Below, piece after piece: positions 19,357 through 28,498 of a stretch of DNA of 64,000 nucleotides (positions are counted from its first letter, which is position 1; each line of letters starts with the position of its first letter). Under the pieces are notes generated by a model that saw only the letters and a list, made by a program, of their open reading frames with translations, made no database searches and had not been told where the DNA came from. The position numbers were made by a program, and so were the translations under genes. This DNA is from Candidatus Latescibacterota bacterium (lineage in GTDB: Bacteria; Latescibacterota; UBA2968; GCA-2709665), in assembly GCA_965205485.1 (NCBI GenBank), contig OZ242180.1:1824001-1888000 (forward strand). The letters are read 5' to 3'.

Positions 19357-20446
19357 ATGTCTTCAAAAGGACTTCTCGAACGGATCTTGAGCGGAGAAAC
19401 GCTGCTCCTGGATGGCGGAACCGGGTCCGAGATTCAGCGGCGAGGCGTCGACGTATTGAAAGGCGCGACGGTGGAGGGCGGCCTTCAGGCCTGGTCGGCC
19501 ACGGCCAATATCGATGCCCCGGAGACCGTCCGTGAAGTCCACGGCGACTACCTGCGCGCCGGCGCCGACATCATCATCAGCAACAATTTCTGGACGAGTC
19601 CCACGCGGATGGAACCCATCGGCCTGGGCGACAGGTGGGAAGCGTACGCGACGGCCGCGGGTGAAAACGCGATCACCGCTCGCGATGCCGCGAATCCGGA
19701 TGCATTTGTGACGTATTGAAAGGGCCGGCGGCATCGCGCCGCCGTGTGTCCAGAGGCGGGTTGGCGGAACCGCGTCCGACTGTGACATACTGGGGGAGGA
19801 AGCGTACCGGAGGGAGATTCGAGACCACGCGAAGCTGCTGGCCGGGGTGGGCGTGGATGCGGTCTGGGTGGAATACGTGGGCTTTATCGCTGATTGTGTT
19901 TCCGCTGCGGCAGCGAGCGCGGAAACCGGCCTGCCTGTGTTTCTGGGTGTGCGCCATATCCGGGAAGACGGCAACATGCAATACGAGGAACGACTCGAGG
20001 ACCTTGCAACGGCCCTTGAGGGGAGCGGCGTCGCCGGCGTGCTGATCATGTGTACCCCACCGGAGCAGGTCTCGGCCGGACTTCCCCGACTCAGGGAGGC
20101 GTTTGACGGCTGCGTGGGCGTGTATCCCAATATCGGTTACCAGCCGCTCGCGCCGCTGGGCCCCGCGGAAGGCGAAGAATCGCAGGATGAGCCGGGAGAA
20201 ATCCTGCAGCCCGGGGACAACACGCCCGAGAGCCTGGCCGGCTTCGCAGGGGAATGGAAGGCCATGGGCGCGCAGATCATCGGCGGCTGCTGCGCGACCG
20301 GACCGGAACACATCGACGCCATGCGGCCGGCGGTCAAAGGAAGGGAAGAAGAGAAGGAAGAACGTGAGACGTTAGAAGAAATCCTTGCCAGATGTTTTTC
20401 TTCCCCTTTGCCTCCGGCACGAAAGGACTCCTCACACGGCAGGTAA
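19357..20446 (+). pseudogene. Homocysteine S-methyltransferase family gene, frameshifted by a 13-bp insertion
   Basis: LLDGGTGSEI, HGDYLRAGADII in the first frame; GVYPN, IIGGCC in the second; deleting 19711-19723 restores AFV-AGGIAPP. Confidence 0.85.
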
Positions 20447-20765
20447 TCTCTCCTTCCTCCCGGGACCTACCCCCCGGGAGCGAGGGCATCCTGCCCTCGG
20501 AACGCCGTCGTCGGTTGTTGTAGGGGCGACCCTTGTGGTCGCCCGCCTTGTCGCTATTTCCGGCTTTTGCCTTTGCGTCCTTTGTGTCTTCGTGTCTCCG
20601 TGTGAGCCCGGTCAAAGGCGGCAAGACGGGAGACGCAAGCCGGTAGAAGAAATCCTCGCCCGATATTGTATCCCTCATAGCCTCCGGCACGAGAAGAAAC
20701 CTCACGAGGCAGGTTAATCTCTCCCGTCTAACGTCTTCCCTCTCCCCGCTCTTAGCTGACAGCTT
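20364..20765 (+). repeat. Repeat stack with two 120-bp hairpin copies and two REP types
   Basis: Hairpin cores at 20364-20452 and 20624-20752; GGAG-REP 20477-20499; GTAG-REP 20520-20544. Confidence 0.88.
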
Positions 20766-20768
20766 CAT

Positions 20769-20797
20769 TTGACAAACCCATCCATTTATCCTACTTT
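20769..20797 (+). promoter_or_regulatory. sigma70-type promoter of the TA operon
   Basis: TTGACA-N17-TACTTT. Confidence 0.65.
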
Positions 20798-20835
20798 TAG
20801 TAAGACAATTATACTACCTTTATACATTTCTGGGG

Positions 20836-21084
20836 ATGGACGATATGAAAATAAAAACATCTATTACCCTGTCCGAGGGCCTTGTCCGGGACATGGACAG
20901 CCTGCTGAAGGCGCCTGATACACCGAAGAACCGGTCCGCGTTCCTGGAAGCGGCATTGAGTCAATACGTCGCTTTGTTGAGACGGCGGATCCGGGATTCT
21001 CGCGATGCGGAGATCCTGGACCGGAAGGCGTCGAAACTGAACGTTGAAGCGAAGGACGTGCTTTCCTTCCAGGTCGAAGTGTGA
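20836..21084 (+). CDS. Ribbon-helix-helix antitoxin
   Basis: [26 protein letters not shown] pattern; overlaps the toxin start. Confidence 0.85.
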   Translation: MDDMKIKTSITLSEGLVRDMDSLLKAPDTPKNRSAFLEAALSQYVALLRRRIRDSRDAEILDRKASKLNVEAKDVLSFQVEV

Positions 21085-21410
21085 CGCGGGGAGAATTGTA
21101 CAGGGTCTATAGAGGCTCGCGCGAGGACCCGCGGAACTACCGCGTGTTCGTGGTCGTCAGCCGCCAGGCGCTTATAGACTCCAGGTTCTCGAGCGTGATC
21201 TGTGCGCCGGTATTTTCCACTTACGACGGGCTCTCCACACAGGTCCCTGTGGGGGTGGATGAGGGCCTCAAGCATGCCAGCAGCGTCTTCTGCGACCAGT
21301 TGGTCAGCATTCCGAAGTCCGGGTTGAAACACTTCATAGGATCCCTGTCTCCAAAAAAGGTCCGGGCGCTGGACAGCGCGCTTGCGGTTGCACTGGACCT
21401 CGAGTCCTGA
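21081..21410 (+). CDS. PemK/MazF-family toxin (type II TA)
   Basis: [51 protein letters not shown]. Confidence 0.9.
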   Translation: MTRGELYRVYRGSREDPRNYRVFVVVSRQALIDSRFSSVICAPVFSTYDGLSTQVPVGVDEGLKHASSVFCDQLVSIPKSGLKHFIGSLSPKKVRALDSALAVALDLES

Positions 21411-21708
21411 CGGATTGGACCCCCCGGATCAAGGGCATCTCGCCGTCGGCGCGCTGTCGTCGGTTGTTGCAGCGGCAACCCATGGGTCGCCTACGTTGTA
21501 GCCCGCAAGTCGCCGATAGATGTCGCAAGGCGATATTGTTCGCCTTCGGTCGGGCATTCGTATGCCTAACGCGATGCCAATCCAGAGTACTCCCAGAGCA
21601 GGGCGCGTTGTTCCGTCCCGCACCGAGGTACGTTATCATCATGTGTTGGCAGGCCAGCGTATCAGGTGAGTCCTCTGAGGATATTCGCGCCATGCATATG
21701 GCAGGCCC

Positions 21709-21905
21709 CGCGCCCAGCGGCGACTTTTGGTTCCTTTTGGTCGCTTCAAAAGGAACACGCCGTAGGCAGGGAATTTGGGGAGATGTTGATTTTGGTTTTG
21801 CCCTTTTTGTCCTGGTTCCCCGCCGGAGGCGTTGAGCCGGGGAGAGAGGTCTGGGCGGTGGGGCGGAGGGGTTGCTTTTGATTTTGACTTTCGTTTTTAG
21901 CTGAA
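21709..21905 (+). repeat. ~140-bp element joined to a composite GCTTTTGA/GCTGA module
   Basis: Matches 5783-5922 inverted; its 3' part continues into a match to 16585-16665. Confidence 0.85.
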
Positions 21906-21909
21906 CGCC

Positions 21910-21955
21910 CACAAAAAAACAGGCCGACGGTGTTTCAGTCGGCCTGTTTTTTGTG
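21910..21955. terminator. Bidirectional intrinsic terminator
   Basis: AAAAAAACAGGCCGAC-loop-GTCGGCCTGTTTTTT directly after the Hsp20 stop. Confidence 0.9.
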
Positions 21956-21967
21956 CGCGCTGCCTGA

Positions 21968-22402
21968 TTACGCGATCTTGATCACTCTCGACATTGACGC
22001 CTTTGCCTTGGGCAGCGTGAGCGTCAGCACGCCGCTGTCGAATCCGGCCTCGATCTTGTCCTCTTCAACCTCAGACGCCAGCGCGAACGAGCGGGCGAAG
22101 CGTCCGTAAACCCTCTCTGAACGGTGGCTGCGATTCTGGTTCTCCTCAACAGCCGGCTTCTTCTCCCCCTGGATCGTAAGCACACCGTTGTCCAGATTGA
22201 TTTTAATGTCGTCCTTGGACATTCCGGGAAGCTCGATCTGGACAAGGAGGTCGGTCTCCGTCTCCAGTACGTCGGTGGCCGGAATCCAGTTCGCGGGGGC
22301 CGAGGCGTCTTCGTCAGAACCCCTCAGGAAACTGTCGAAAAACCGATCGAAATCGGGCGTCAGGTTGAGACGCCGGCGGGGTTGCAGTCTGGCGAGCGTC
22401 AT
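21968..22402 (-). CDS. Hsp20/alpha-crystallin small heat-shock protein
   Basis: ELPGMSKDDIKI, ERVYGRFARSF, GVLTLTLPK; AGGAGG RBS. Confidence 0.95.
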   Translation of the reverse strand: MTLARLQPRRRLNLTPDFDRFFDSFLRGSDEDASAPANWIPATDVLETETDLLVQIELPGMSKDDIKINLDNGVLTIQGEKKPAVEENQNRSHRSERVYGRFARSFALASEVEEDKIEAGFDSGVLTLTLPKAKASMSRVIKIA

Positions 22403-22515
22403 GGTCGATTCCTCCTGTTAAAGGGTTGCTCCGGCAAATGTGAACCTTTACCGGGTCAGAGAGACCGACGGTGCTTCCGCCGGTCTCTCCTGTGGGACGT
22501 CGTGGGCTCTGCCTG

Positions 22516-22950
22516 TTATGCAATTGCGATTTCTCTCGACATTGACGCTTTGGACTTCGGAAGCGTCAGCGTGAGGACGCCGTTCTCGAACCCGGCCTCG
22601 ATGTTTTCCTCTTCCACCTCGGACGCGAGTTCGAAGGATCGTGCGAATCGTCCGTAGGTGCGCTCGGAACGGTGGCTCCTGTTTTCCTTCTCTTCAACCA
22701 CCTGCTTCTTCTCGCCCTGGATGGTGAGCACGCCGTTGTCCACGTTGACCTTGATATCTTCCTTGGAAATTCCGGGAAGCTCAACCTGAACGCGAAGTTC
22801 GGTTTCGGTCTCTGTTACGTCGGCGGCCGGAATCCAACCGGTCGGAAACGGAGCGTTGGCGTTCGAACCTCTCCAGAAGCTGTCGAAGAACCGATCGATC
22901 TCGGGAACGAGTCCGAAACGCCGTCTGGGTTGCCACCGGGTGAGTGTCAT
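22516..22950 (-). CDS. Hsp20/alpha-crystallin small heat-shock protein (tandem paralog)
   Basis: Same motifs; AAAGGAGG RBS places the start at 22950. Confidence 0.95.
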   Translation of the reverse strand: MTLTRWQPRRRFGLVPEIDRFFDSFWRGSNANAPFPTGWIPAADVTETETELRVQVELPGISKEDIKVNVDNGVLTIQGEKKQVVEEKENRSHRSERTYGRFARSFELASEVEEENIEAGFENGVLTLTLPKSKASMSREIAIA

Positions 22951-23061
22951 GGTAAATCCTCCTTTTGAAGGGTTATTTCCCCGACGATTGACTGTTGTTG
23001 AGGTTCTCGAGGTCTTTCTGCCCACCCTCGAGCCTGTGCCAATAACCCTTCGCAAGCCCCG

Positions 23062-23119
23062 TGCCAATAACGCCGAGCCAATTCGAGTATTAATCATATC
23101 CCTATAAATCAATAGTTTA
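23062..23119 (-). promoter_or_regulatory. sigma54 promoter with upstream IHF site
   Basis: Minus strand TGGCACGGGGCTTGC (23076-23062); AATCAATAGTTTA at 23107-23119. Confidence 0.8.
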
Positions 23120-23269
23120 TGAAAAAACCATGAAAAATGACACCTGCAGATCCGGTAAATCGGTCGCGGTTCCGAGACGCATATATGCTATTTTGGCAGC
23201 ACTGGAAATTGAATATGACAAAATGGCATATCAATTCTGCCAAATCTGCCTTATCGGTTCGGGGCTTGA

Positions 23270-23304
23270 CACAAAAAAACCCGGACCCACGTGGGAATCC
23301 GGGG
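23270..23304 (-). terminator. Intrinsic terminator
   Basis: Minus strand CCCGGATTCCCACGTGGGTCCGGG followed by T7. Confidence 0.8.
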
Positions 23305-23391
23305 GCTCCAGAAAACTCCGCCTGGAGCGAGGATATCTATAAGGTAACTATCCTATACGAATGTTGTCAAGAGAATCTGGGAAAAAATGTC

Positions 23392-23563
23392 CTATTTGCG
23401 GATCTGCTCCAACAACAGTCTGATCTGAGCGGCCTGCGGATGGTCGGGATCGAGTTTCAATGTCTTCTCGAAATTCACCCTGGCGTCGTCGAAACGTCTC
23501 AATGCCCGATATGACATTCCCAGCAGCAGGTGTGCGTTCGCGTGGTGGGGCCCAGTTGAATGG
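23392..23563 (-). pseudogene. C-terminal TPR gene remnant
   Basis: HANAHLLLGMSYRAL..FEKTLKLDPDHPQAAQIR closely parallels the end of the 26104-28494 gene; the rest of the gene is absent. Confidence 0.75.
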
Positions 23564-23604
23564 CTTCTCTCTGCTCCCCGTCGAGCCAATGCCGTTCGGT
23601 TCAA

Positions 23605-26100
23605 CTAATCTTCATGCTTGTTTTTGAGGAGGTACTTTATCGGGAAACTGAAACGCGCCCTCCATCCGAAGTATCCAATGCAGACAGCGACCAATACGAC
23701 GTTCAGAATAAGCAACCCGCGTCTCAATGGAGACAGAACCGGTTTCAGAACGATGCGATGTTCACCCTCGCCAAGACGCAATGCGATGAAACTTCCGGCC
23801 GTCTGGTATGGCACGACTTTTTCGCCGTTGATTGTAACGCTCAGATGGGGATAATATGCATAGGCCAGACGGGCAAAGCATGGGCTGGAGGTGCGGATGA
23901 GTAGCTCTACGCGCTGATTCCACACACGGTGTTCTAGCACTCGAACGGATGGGTCGGTTCCAAGATCTTGTGTTCCTTCAAGCGTCGCAAGTAGAATTCG
24001 TTCGCACGTATTCTTCTCCCCATTTACCCCCATCTGCTTTACCAGCCGCGAAAATGCTGACTGTTTGTCGATACCTGTATTGTTCCGCGACAGTAGATCC
24101 CATCCTGTGACCTTCGGCGAGACGACCACAGGGCTGACTGTGGGAGTACGCCAAATCATTAGTTCACTTCTATCGGTGCTGCGCGCCAGGAATCGCCTGA
24201 CATTTGTCAGGTGGAGCGCATCTTGAATAAAGCCAAAACTGTGTTGACCGGGCGACTTGAGCTTCTCCGCTTTTCTGATTGCAGAATTCAGCGATTTTTC
24301 CAGGGGGCGGCAAAATATATCCTCTGCCAATGACGACTCGTCGAACAATCCAAGAATCGTCGCGATCCCTGTTTTTACCGACAAATATGAAACTGTAAAA
24401 TGAGGATAGTCAGTGTCTGTTGCATAATAAATCCGAAAATTGGGGATTTCATCATGGGCGAATTGCGACGCCTCGCTTTGCAGAAGATTAGTCGCTTTAG
24501 TGCCTACGAGCTGTGGTTCGTTCAGAACGCTGTGGGTGAGATAGGGCTGTTGAAATGTGGTCGGTCCCAAATCAACGGCCACGATGAACAGCAGCATGGT
24601 GAAAGCGTCGATACGCGTTTCCCGTCCTCTAAGAAAGCGAAGAAGGGCAACGGTTCCCACGCCTGCCATTACTGACAAGAAAAATACAGCAAAAAGCAGG
24701 AATCGTGTGGCGGCGAACGCTTGAACGACGCTAAGGGAGCCCAACGGCCAGCGATACCCGAAAACCAGGAATAAGGACGCCGCTAAACAAGCAACTACCG
24801 GCCACGACTTTGAAGGCAGGTCTTCAACTGCAGTCAATTTCAATCCTGCTCTATTCACGAGACGGGACGCGCGCGTCCCGTCTCGCCACTTCCGAAATGG
24901 CACCGCGCCAGTCAGCCCCACAACAGACAGTGCAATCAGTGACAAGCCCAGATAGCCACCGTACCAGTGGTTGGCTTCTATTGAAAAAAGACGGAAGCGA
25001 TAGTTGGACCATACTAAAAGCTGCCCTAGGGTCGGATCCGGAAAACCCGAGAGGTCGAACCCTTTATACAGCCGTACGTTTTCACGTTCCAACCACATCG
25101 GAAGTGTCAGATAAGCGCCAATGACCAGGCCTCCCGTCAGCAATAAGAGGCTATGCCAACATACGGCACGTATCGCACGGCGATCTGTGTCGGTCCAGAT
25201 TCGTATACACACGTATAGCACGAAAAGTCCCGTAGCCCAGAAAGCATATCCCGGATGCGTAAAGGCCAGCATTCCAAGGGTCACGCCCCCTGCCATCGCA
25301 CTCGCCAACTTAAGCGTACGCGTCTTGAGATGCTCGAAGCAGTAGAACGGAAAGGGAAGCAGGGCATAGAACACCGAGAGTGGTAAACGCCCCATAATAA
25401 GCACCTGCTGTGTGTGCCAGACACACGCCACGTAGGCCATTGCCGCCAAAAAGCCTGCCTGTCTGTTGAATAACGTCCTTACGAACAGGTACATCCCAAT
25501 GCCCGAAATCACATGGCTGACGCCCATCGTGAATTTTAGTGAGAACTCCAGATCGGAAAAAAGCTGGTTGACCGCGCCCGTCAGGTAGAAGAAGAGAAAG
25601 CCATAGAACTGGCAATAGGGACTGCCCGCACCAAAGTAATTCGTCCAGATGGGAATCTCTCCGTAGGCGAACGCCTGGGAAGCTATCCAGGCGTAACCGA
25701 TGTGGAAGTTCACGTCGCCACCCCATACAAGCCCTCCCCGAGCGAAATAATGGCGAGCGCAAAGCATGCAGGCGATGACCAAAACCAGAAGTGTCCGCTT
25801 CTCGGTCTCGAATACAAGGCTCAGAAATGTCGACAGACGCTTTTTGCGTAATTCCAGTACGATGATGGTCGCGAACAAAACAAAGATCAGCCCTGCCAAG
25901 ATCGCATCCGACAGATCGAACTGTACATTCCGTTTTACGACCGGTACAAATATGGCCAAGCTATGGTACCGCCTGGCCGGTGCGAGTACCGCGAACTTAT
26001 AGAGTGTGGTATACTGGAAATAGATCAGTGACACAGCAAGGGTCGACAGGATAGCGATAATGTCACGTGGCCATTTGACAATGTCGGATCCGACACGCAT
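23605..26100 (-). CDS. Polytopic membrane protein, PTPS-related/YfhO-like (putative GT-C glycosyltransferase)
   Basis: GGDVNFH..PIWTNYFGAGSPYCQFYG loop, many TM segments, C-terminal YYPHLSVTING..GEHRIVL; visibly lower GC. Confidence 0.75.
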   Translation of the reverse strand: MRVGSDIVKWPRDIIAILSTLAVSLIYFQYTTLYKFAVLAPARRYHSLAIFVPVVKRNVQFDLSDAILAGLIFVLFATIIVLELRKKRLSTFLSLVFETEKRTLLVLVIACMLCARHYFARGGLVWGGDVNFHIGYAWIASQAFAYGEIPIWTNYFGAGSPYCQFYGFLFFYLTGAVNQLFSDLEFSLKFTMGVSHVISGIGMYLFVRTLFNRQAGFLAAMAYVACVWHTQQVLIMGRLPLSVFYALLPFPFYCFEHLKTRTLKLASAMAGGVTLGMLAFTHPGYAFWATGLFVLYVCIRIWTDTDRRAIRAVCWHSLLLLTGGLVIGAYLTLPMWLERENVRLYKGFDLSGFPDPTLGQLLVWSNYRFRLFSIEANHWYGGYLGLSLIALSVVGLTGAVPFRKWRDGTRASRLVNRAGLKLTAVEDLPSKSWPVVACLAASLFLVFGYRWPLGSLSVVQAFAATRFLLFAVFFLSVMAGVGTVALLRFLRGRETRIDAFTMLLFIVAVDLGPTTFQQPYLTHSVLNEPQLVGTKATNLLQSEASQFAHDEIPNFRIYYATDTDYPHFTVSYLSVKTGIATILGLFDESSLAEDIFCRPLEKSLNSAIRKAEKLKSPGQHSFGFIQDALHLTNVRRFLARSTDRSELMIWRTPTVSPVVVSPKVTGWDLLSRNNTGIDKQSAFSRLVKQMGVNGEKNTCERILLATLEGTQDLGTDPSVRVLEHRVWNQRVELLIRTSSPCFARLAYAYYPHLSVTINGEKVVPYQTAGSFIALRLGEGEHRIVLKPVLSPLRRGLLILNVVLVAVCIGYFGWRARFSFPIKYLLKNKHED

Positions 26101-26103
26101 CGG

Positions 26104-28494
26104 TTACCTTTGTTCGCTGGCTTGTTCCAACCACTGCCTGATCTGAGCGGCCTGCGGATGGTCGGGCTCGAGTTCCAACGTCTTTTCGAAGTGTGCCCGG
26201 GCTTCGTCGCCGCGTTTCAACGCCCGACAGGACATTCCCAGCAGCAGGTGTGCGTCCGCGTGGTTGGGATTCAACTGAACGGCCCTTTTGAAATACGGGA
26301 TCGCTTTATCGTACTCGCGCAATTTGCAATACGTATCGCCGATGTCCATGTAGACAGTCGCGCTCACGCTTTCTCTCTGAAGCTCTAGCACTTTTCCGAA
26401 GTGTACGATCGCCTCCTGGTACCGGCCCTGAGTCTTGTAGACGAGGCCGAGATTTTTATGTGCCCGGGAATAGTCTGGTCGAAATTCAACCGCTCTTTCC
26501 AGGTATTGGATCGCGTAGTTAAACTGGCCCATTTTGGCGTAAACGGCTCCGAGATTTCCGTAAGCGATGGCATCGTCGGTTCGTAGTGCCACAGCTTTCG
26601 TAAGGGCTCGGATTGCATTCGCGTATTGCCCTGCATCGTTGTAAGCCGCTCCGAGATTTGAATGGGTCTCGGCCTCTCGCGGTTGAAGCTCGGAAGCTTT
26701 TTCAAGGTGTTCAACGGCTTCATCCAACTGGCCGGTCTTCCTGAAAATGGCGCCGAGGTTCGCGTGGGCTGTCGCAAGATCCGGTTTAAGTGCGATCGCC
26801 TTTCTGGTGTATTCGATGGCTTTGCCGAATTCACCGATGTCGCTATAGGCTGCGCCAAGATTCATATACGGAACCGGTAGATTCGATTGAATTTCGACGG
26901 CCTTCTGGTAGTACTCTACCGCACTGGCGGACCGTCCGATCTCGCGGCAGATGTTCCCGACGGTTAGCCATCGATTGGGATTGGTTGGATCGGCGTCGAT
27001 CGATCGCTCGTAAGCTTGGACAGCTACCGGAATGTTGTCTTGCCGGCGATGGAATTCGCCCAGGGTGAGCCAGCTGTTTACGGCGGAAACGCCAGTTAGC
27101 CGGGCCGCCAGGTGGACGAATCGGGCTTCGGCCGCGCCGGTGCTGGCATTAAGGCCGATCCAGAAAAGCGTGTGGAACGCCGCCGACCCGCACAGGATGA
27201 AACCACTATGGAAGAGCGGTTCACGAGCGTGAATGCGTGCCATGAGTGCTGTGGCTACCCATAGGGTCAGGGGAAGTGCCGGCAGGGAGAAAATGTCCCA
27301 GTCTCGAAAGACGCCGATTTCCGGTCTCGCGAGGAACGTGAAGAAAAGGGGGAATACGGCCGCGATGAATAGGAAGGGTTGATGACGGAGGTCTCTCTTG
27401 CGTAGCAGGACACAGGCCATACAGGCAACGGGGGCCGCAAGCAATTGTTGGTTCGAAAAGTCGAGCAAATGCGCGAGGGAGAATACCCGGTATTCCGAAT
27501 GAAGGCCCGGTTCCGCGAATAGCGGCAGGAAATTTCTGCCGCCCATCCGGACCAGATATCCTTCGAAACCGATACCGCTCAACCCGAGTAACACTGCTGT
27601 GCTCACCGGGACACAACAAAGGGCCGCGACGGTGGCGGCCGTGTTTTTCGAGGTTGAGACGGTTTGCTGCCGCTTGCGCCACGTGCTGTACGCGAGGACG
27701 AGCAGGGACGGTCCGAACACGGCGAATGCCTGGTGAAGGGCGAGCAGCAAGCCCAACACAATTGCCGGGGCGTACAGGTGACGGCCGCTTTTCTGCGTCT
27801 GCAGGCCCAAAAGGAGATACAGCAGCAGGCCGGGCATGTAAAGTGCAAAATTCTCCACGTATCCGAAGAAAAGTTGCATGTATCCGGTCGTGAGCAGGAC
27901 GGCCAGGACGACGGACATTTCCAGTCTGTTTCTTCCAAGGGCGGAGGCGACCGGAAAGCTGAGCAGAACATAGAATACGCCGGACGCATAGCTGTAGATC
28001 CGGTACGTGTTCTCAGGTGTCTCCCAGAACGCCCGGCCCGCGTGATGCAGCTCACGGATGAACGCGAAGGTGAGCGGCGCCCGGGACTGATCCTGAAACG
28101 TATCCGCGCCCAGTTTTCGAAGCAGCAGGTAACCGTCGCCGAGAAAGTGGCGTGCGGAGGAGAGCGCGACAAAGGCGGCAAGGGCAATGAGCAGAATCAG
28201 GACTCGTGTGATCCATATTCGCCGCCTCCGGCCCCAGATCGCGAGCGGAAGACGACGTACACATGCGCGGACTTGCCGGCGGAAACCGGGAATGAATAGG
28301 AGAATGGAAAGTAGAACGAATGCGACCTGGACCGGTGCGGGAAGATAGACGAGGAAGTCCACGCCCCACAGCGCGTCGGGTCGCCACAAGAGCGGCAGGA
28401 GGTGGAGGCCCAAAAATACTGCGACGATGATGGCGGGTCGTGAAATAGCGCGGAGTCGCTGATTCCCTGGACGTGATTCCGTTAAATCGGACAT
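26104..28494 (-). CDS. Multi-TM membrane protein with C-terminal TPR array
   Basis: ~450 aa hydrophobic region (FLGDGY, RDWD) followed by about nine TPRs. Confidence 0.85.
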   Translation of the reverse strand: MSDLTESRPGNQRLRAISRPAIIVAVFLGLHLLPLLWRPDALWGVDFLVYLPAPVQVAFVLLSILLFIPGFRRQVRACVRRLPLAIWGRRRRIWITRVLILLIALAAFVALSSARHFLGDGYLLLRKLGADTFQDQSRAPLTFAFIRELHHAGRAFWETPENTYRIYSYASGVFYVLLSFPVASALGRNRLEMSVVLAVLLTTGYMQLFFGYVENFALYMPGLLLYLLLGLQTQKSGRHLYAPAIVLGLLLALHQAFAVFGPSLLVLAYSTWRKRQQTVSTSKNTAATVAALCCVPVSTAVLLGLSGIGFEGYLVRMGGRNFLPLFAEPGLHSEYRVFSLAHLLDFSNQQLLAAPVACMACVLLRKRDLRHQPFLFIAAVFPLFFTFLARPEIGVFRDWDIFSLPALPLTLWVATALMARIHAREPLFHSGFILCGSAAFHTLFWIGLNASTGAAEARFVHLAARLTGVSAVNSWLTLGEFHRRQDNIPVAVQAYERSIDADPTNPNRWLTVGNICREIGRSASAVEYYQKAVEIQSNLPVPYMNLGAAYSDIGEFGKAIEYTRKAIALKPDLATAHANLGAIFRKTGQLDEAVEHLEKASELQPREAETHSNLGAAYNDAGQYANAIRALTKAVALRTDDAIAYGNLGAVYAKMGQFNYAIQYLERAVEFRPDYSRAHKNLGLVYKTQGRYQEAIVHFGKVLELQRESVSATVYMDIGDTYCKLREYDKAIPYFKRAVQLNPNHADAHLLLGMSCRALKRGDEARAHFEKTLELEPDHPQAAQIRQWLEQASEQR

Positions 28495-28498
28495 GGCG

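Noticed and set aside
21520..21669. Small ORF starting MSQGDIVRLRSG
   Set aside because: Under 50 codons, no clear RBS, only a short motif resemblance.
23027..23046. Second sigma54 promoter (TGGCACAGG)
   Set aside because: It has the -24 element but no GC at the -12 position.
23341..23364. dif site
   Set aside because: ATTCGTATA resembles a XerC arm, but no TTATGTTAAAT XerD arm follows at the right spacing.
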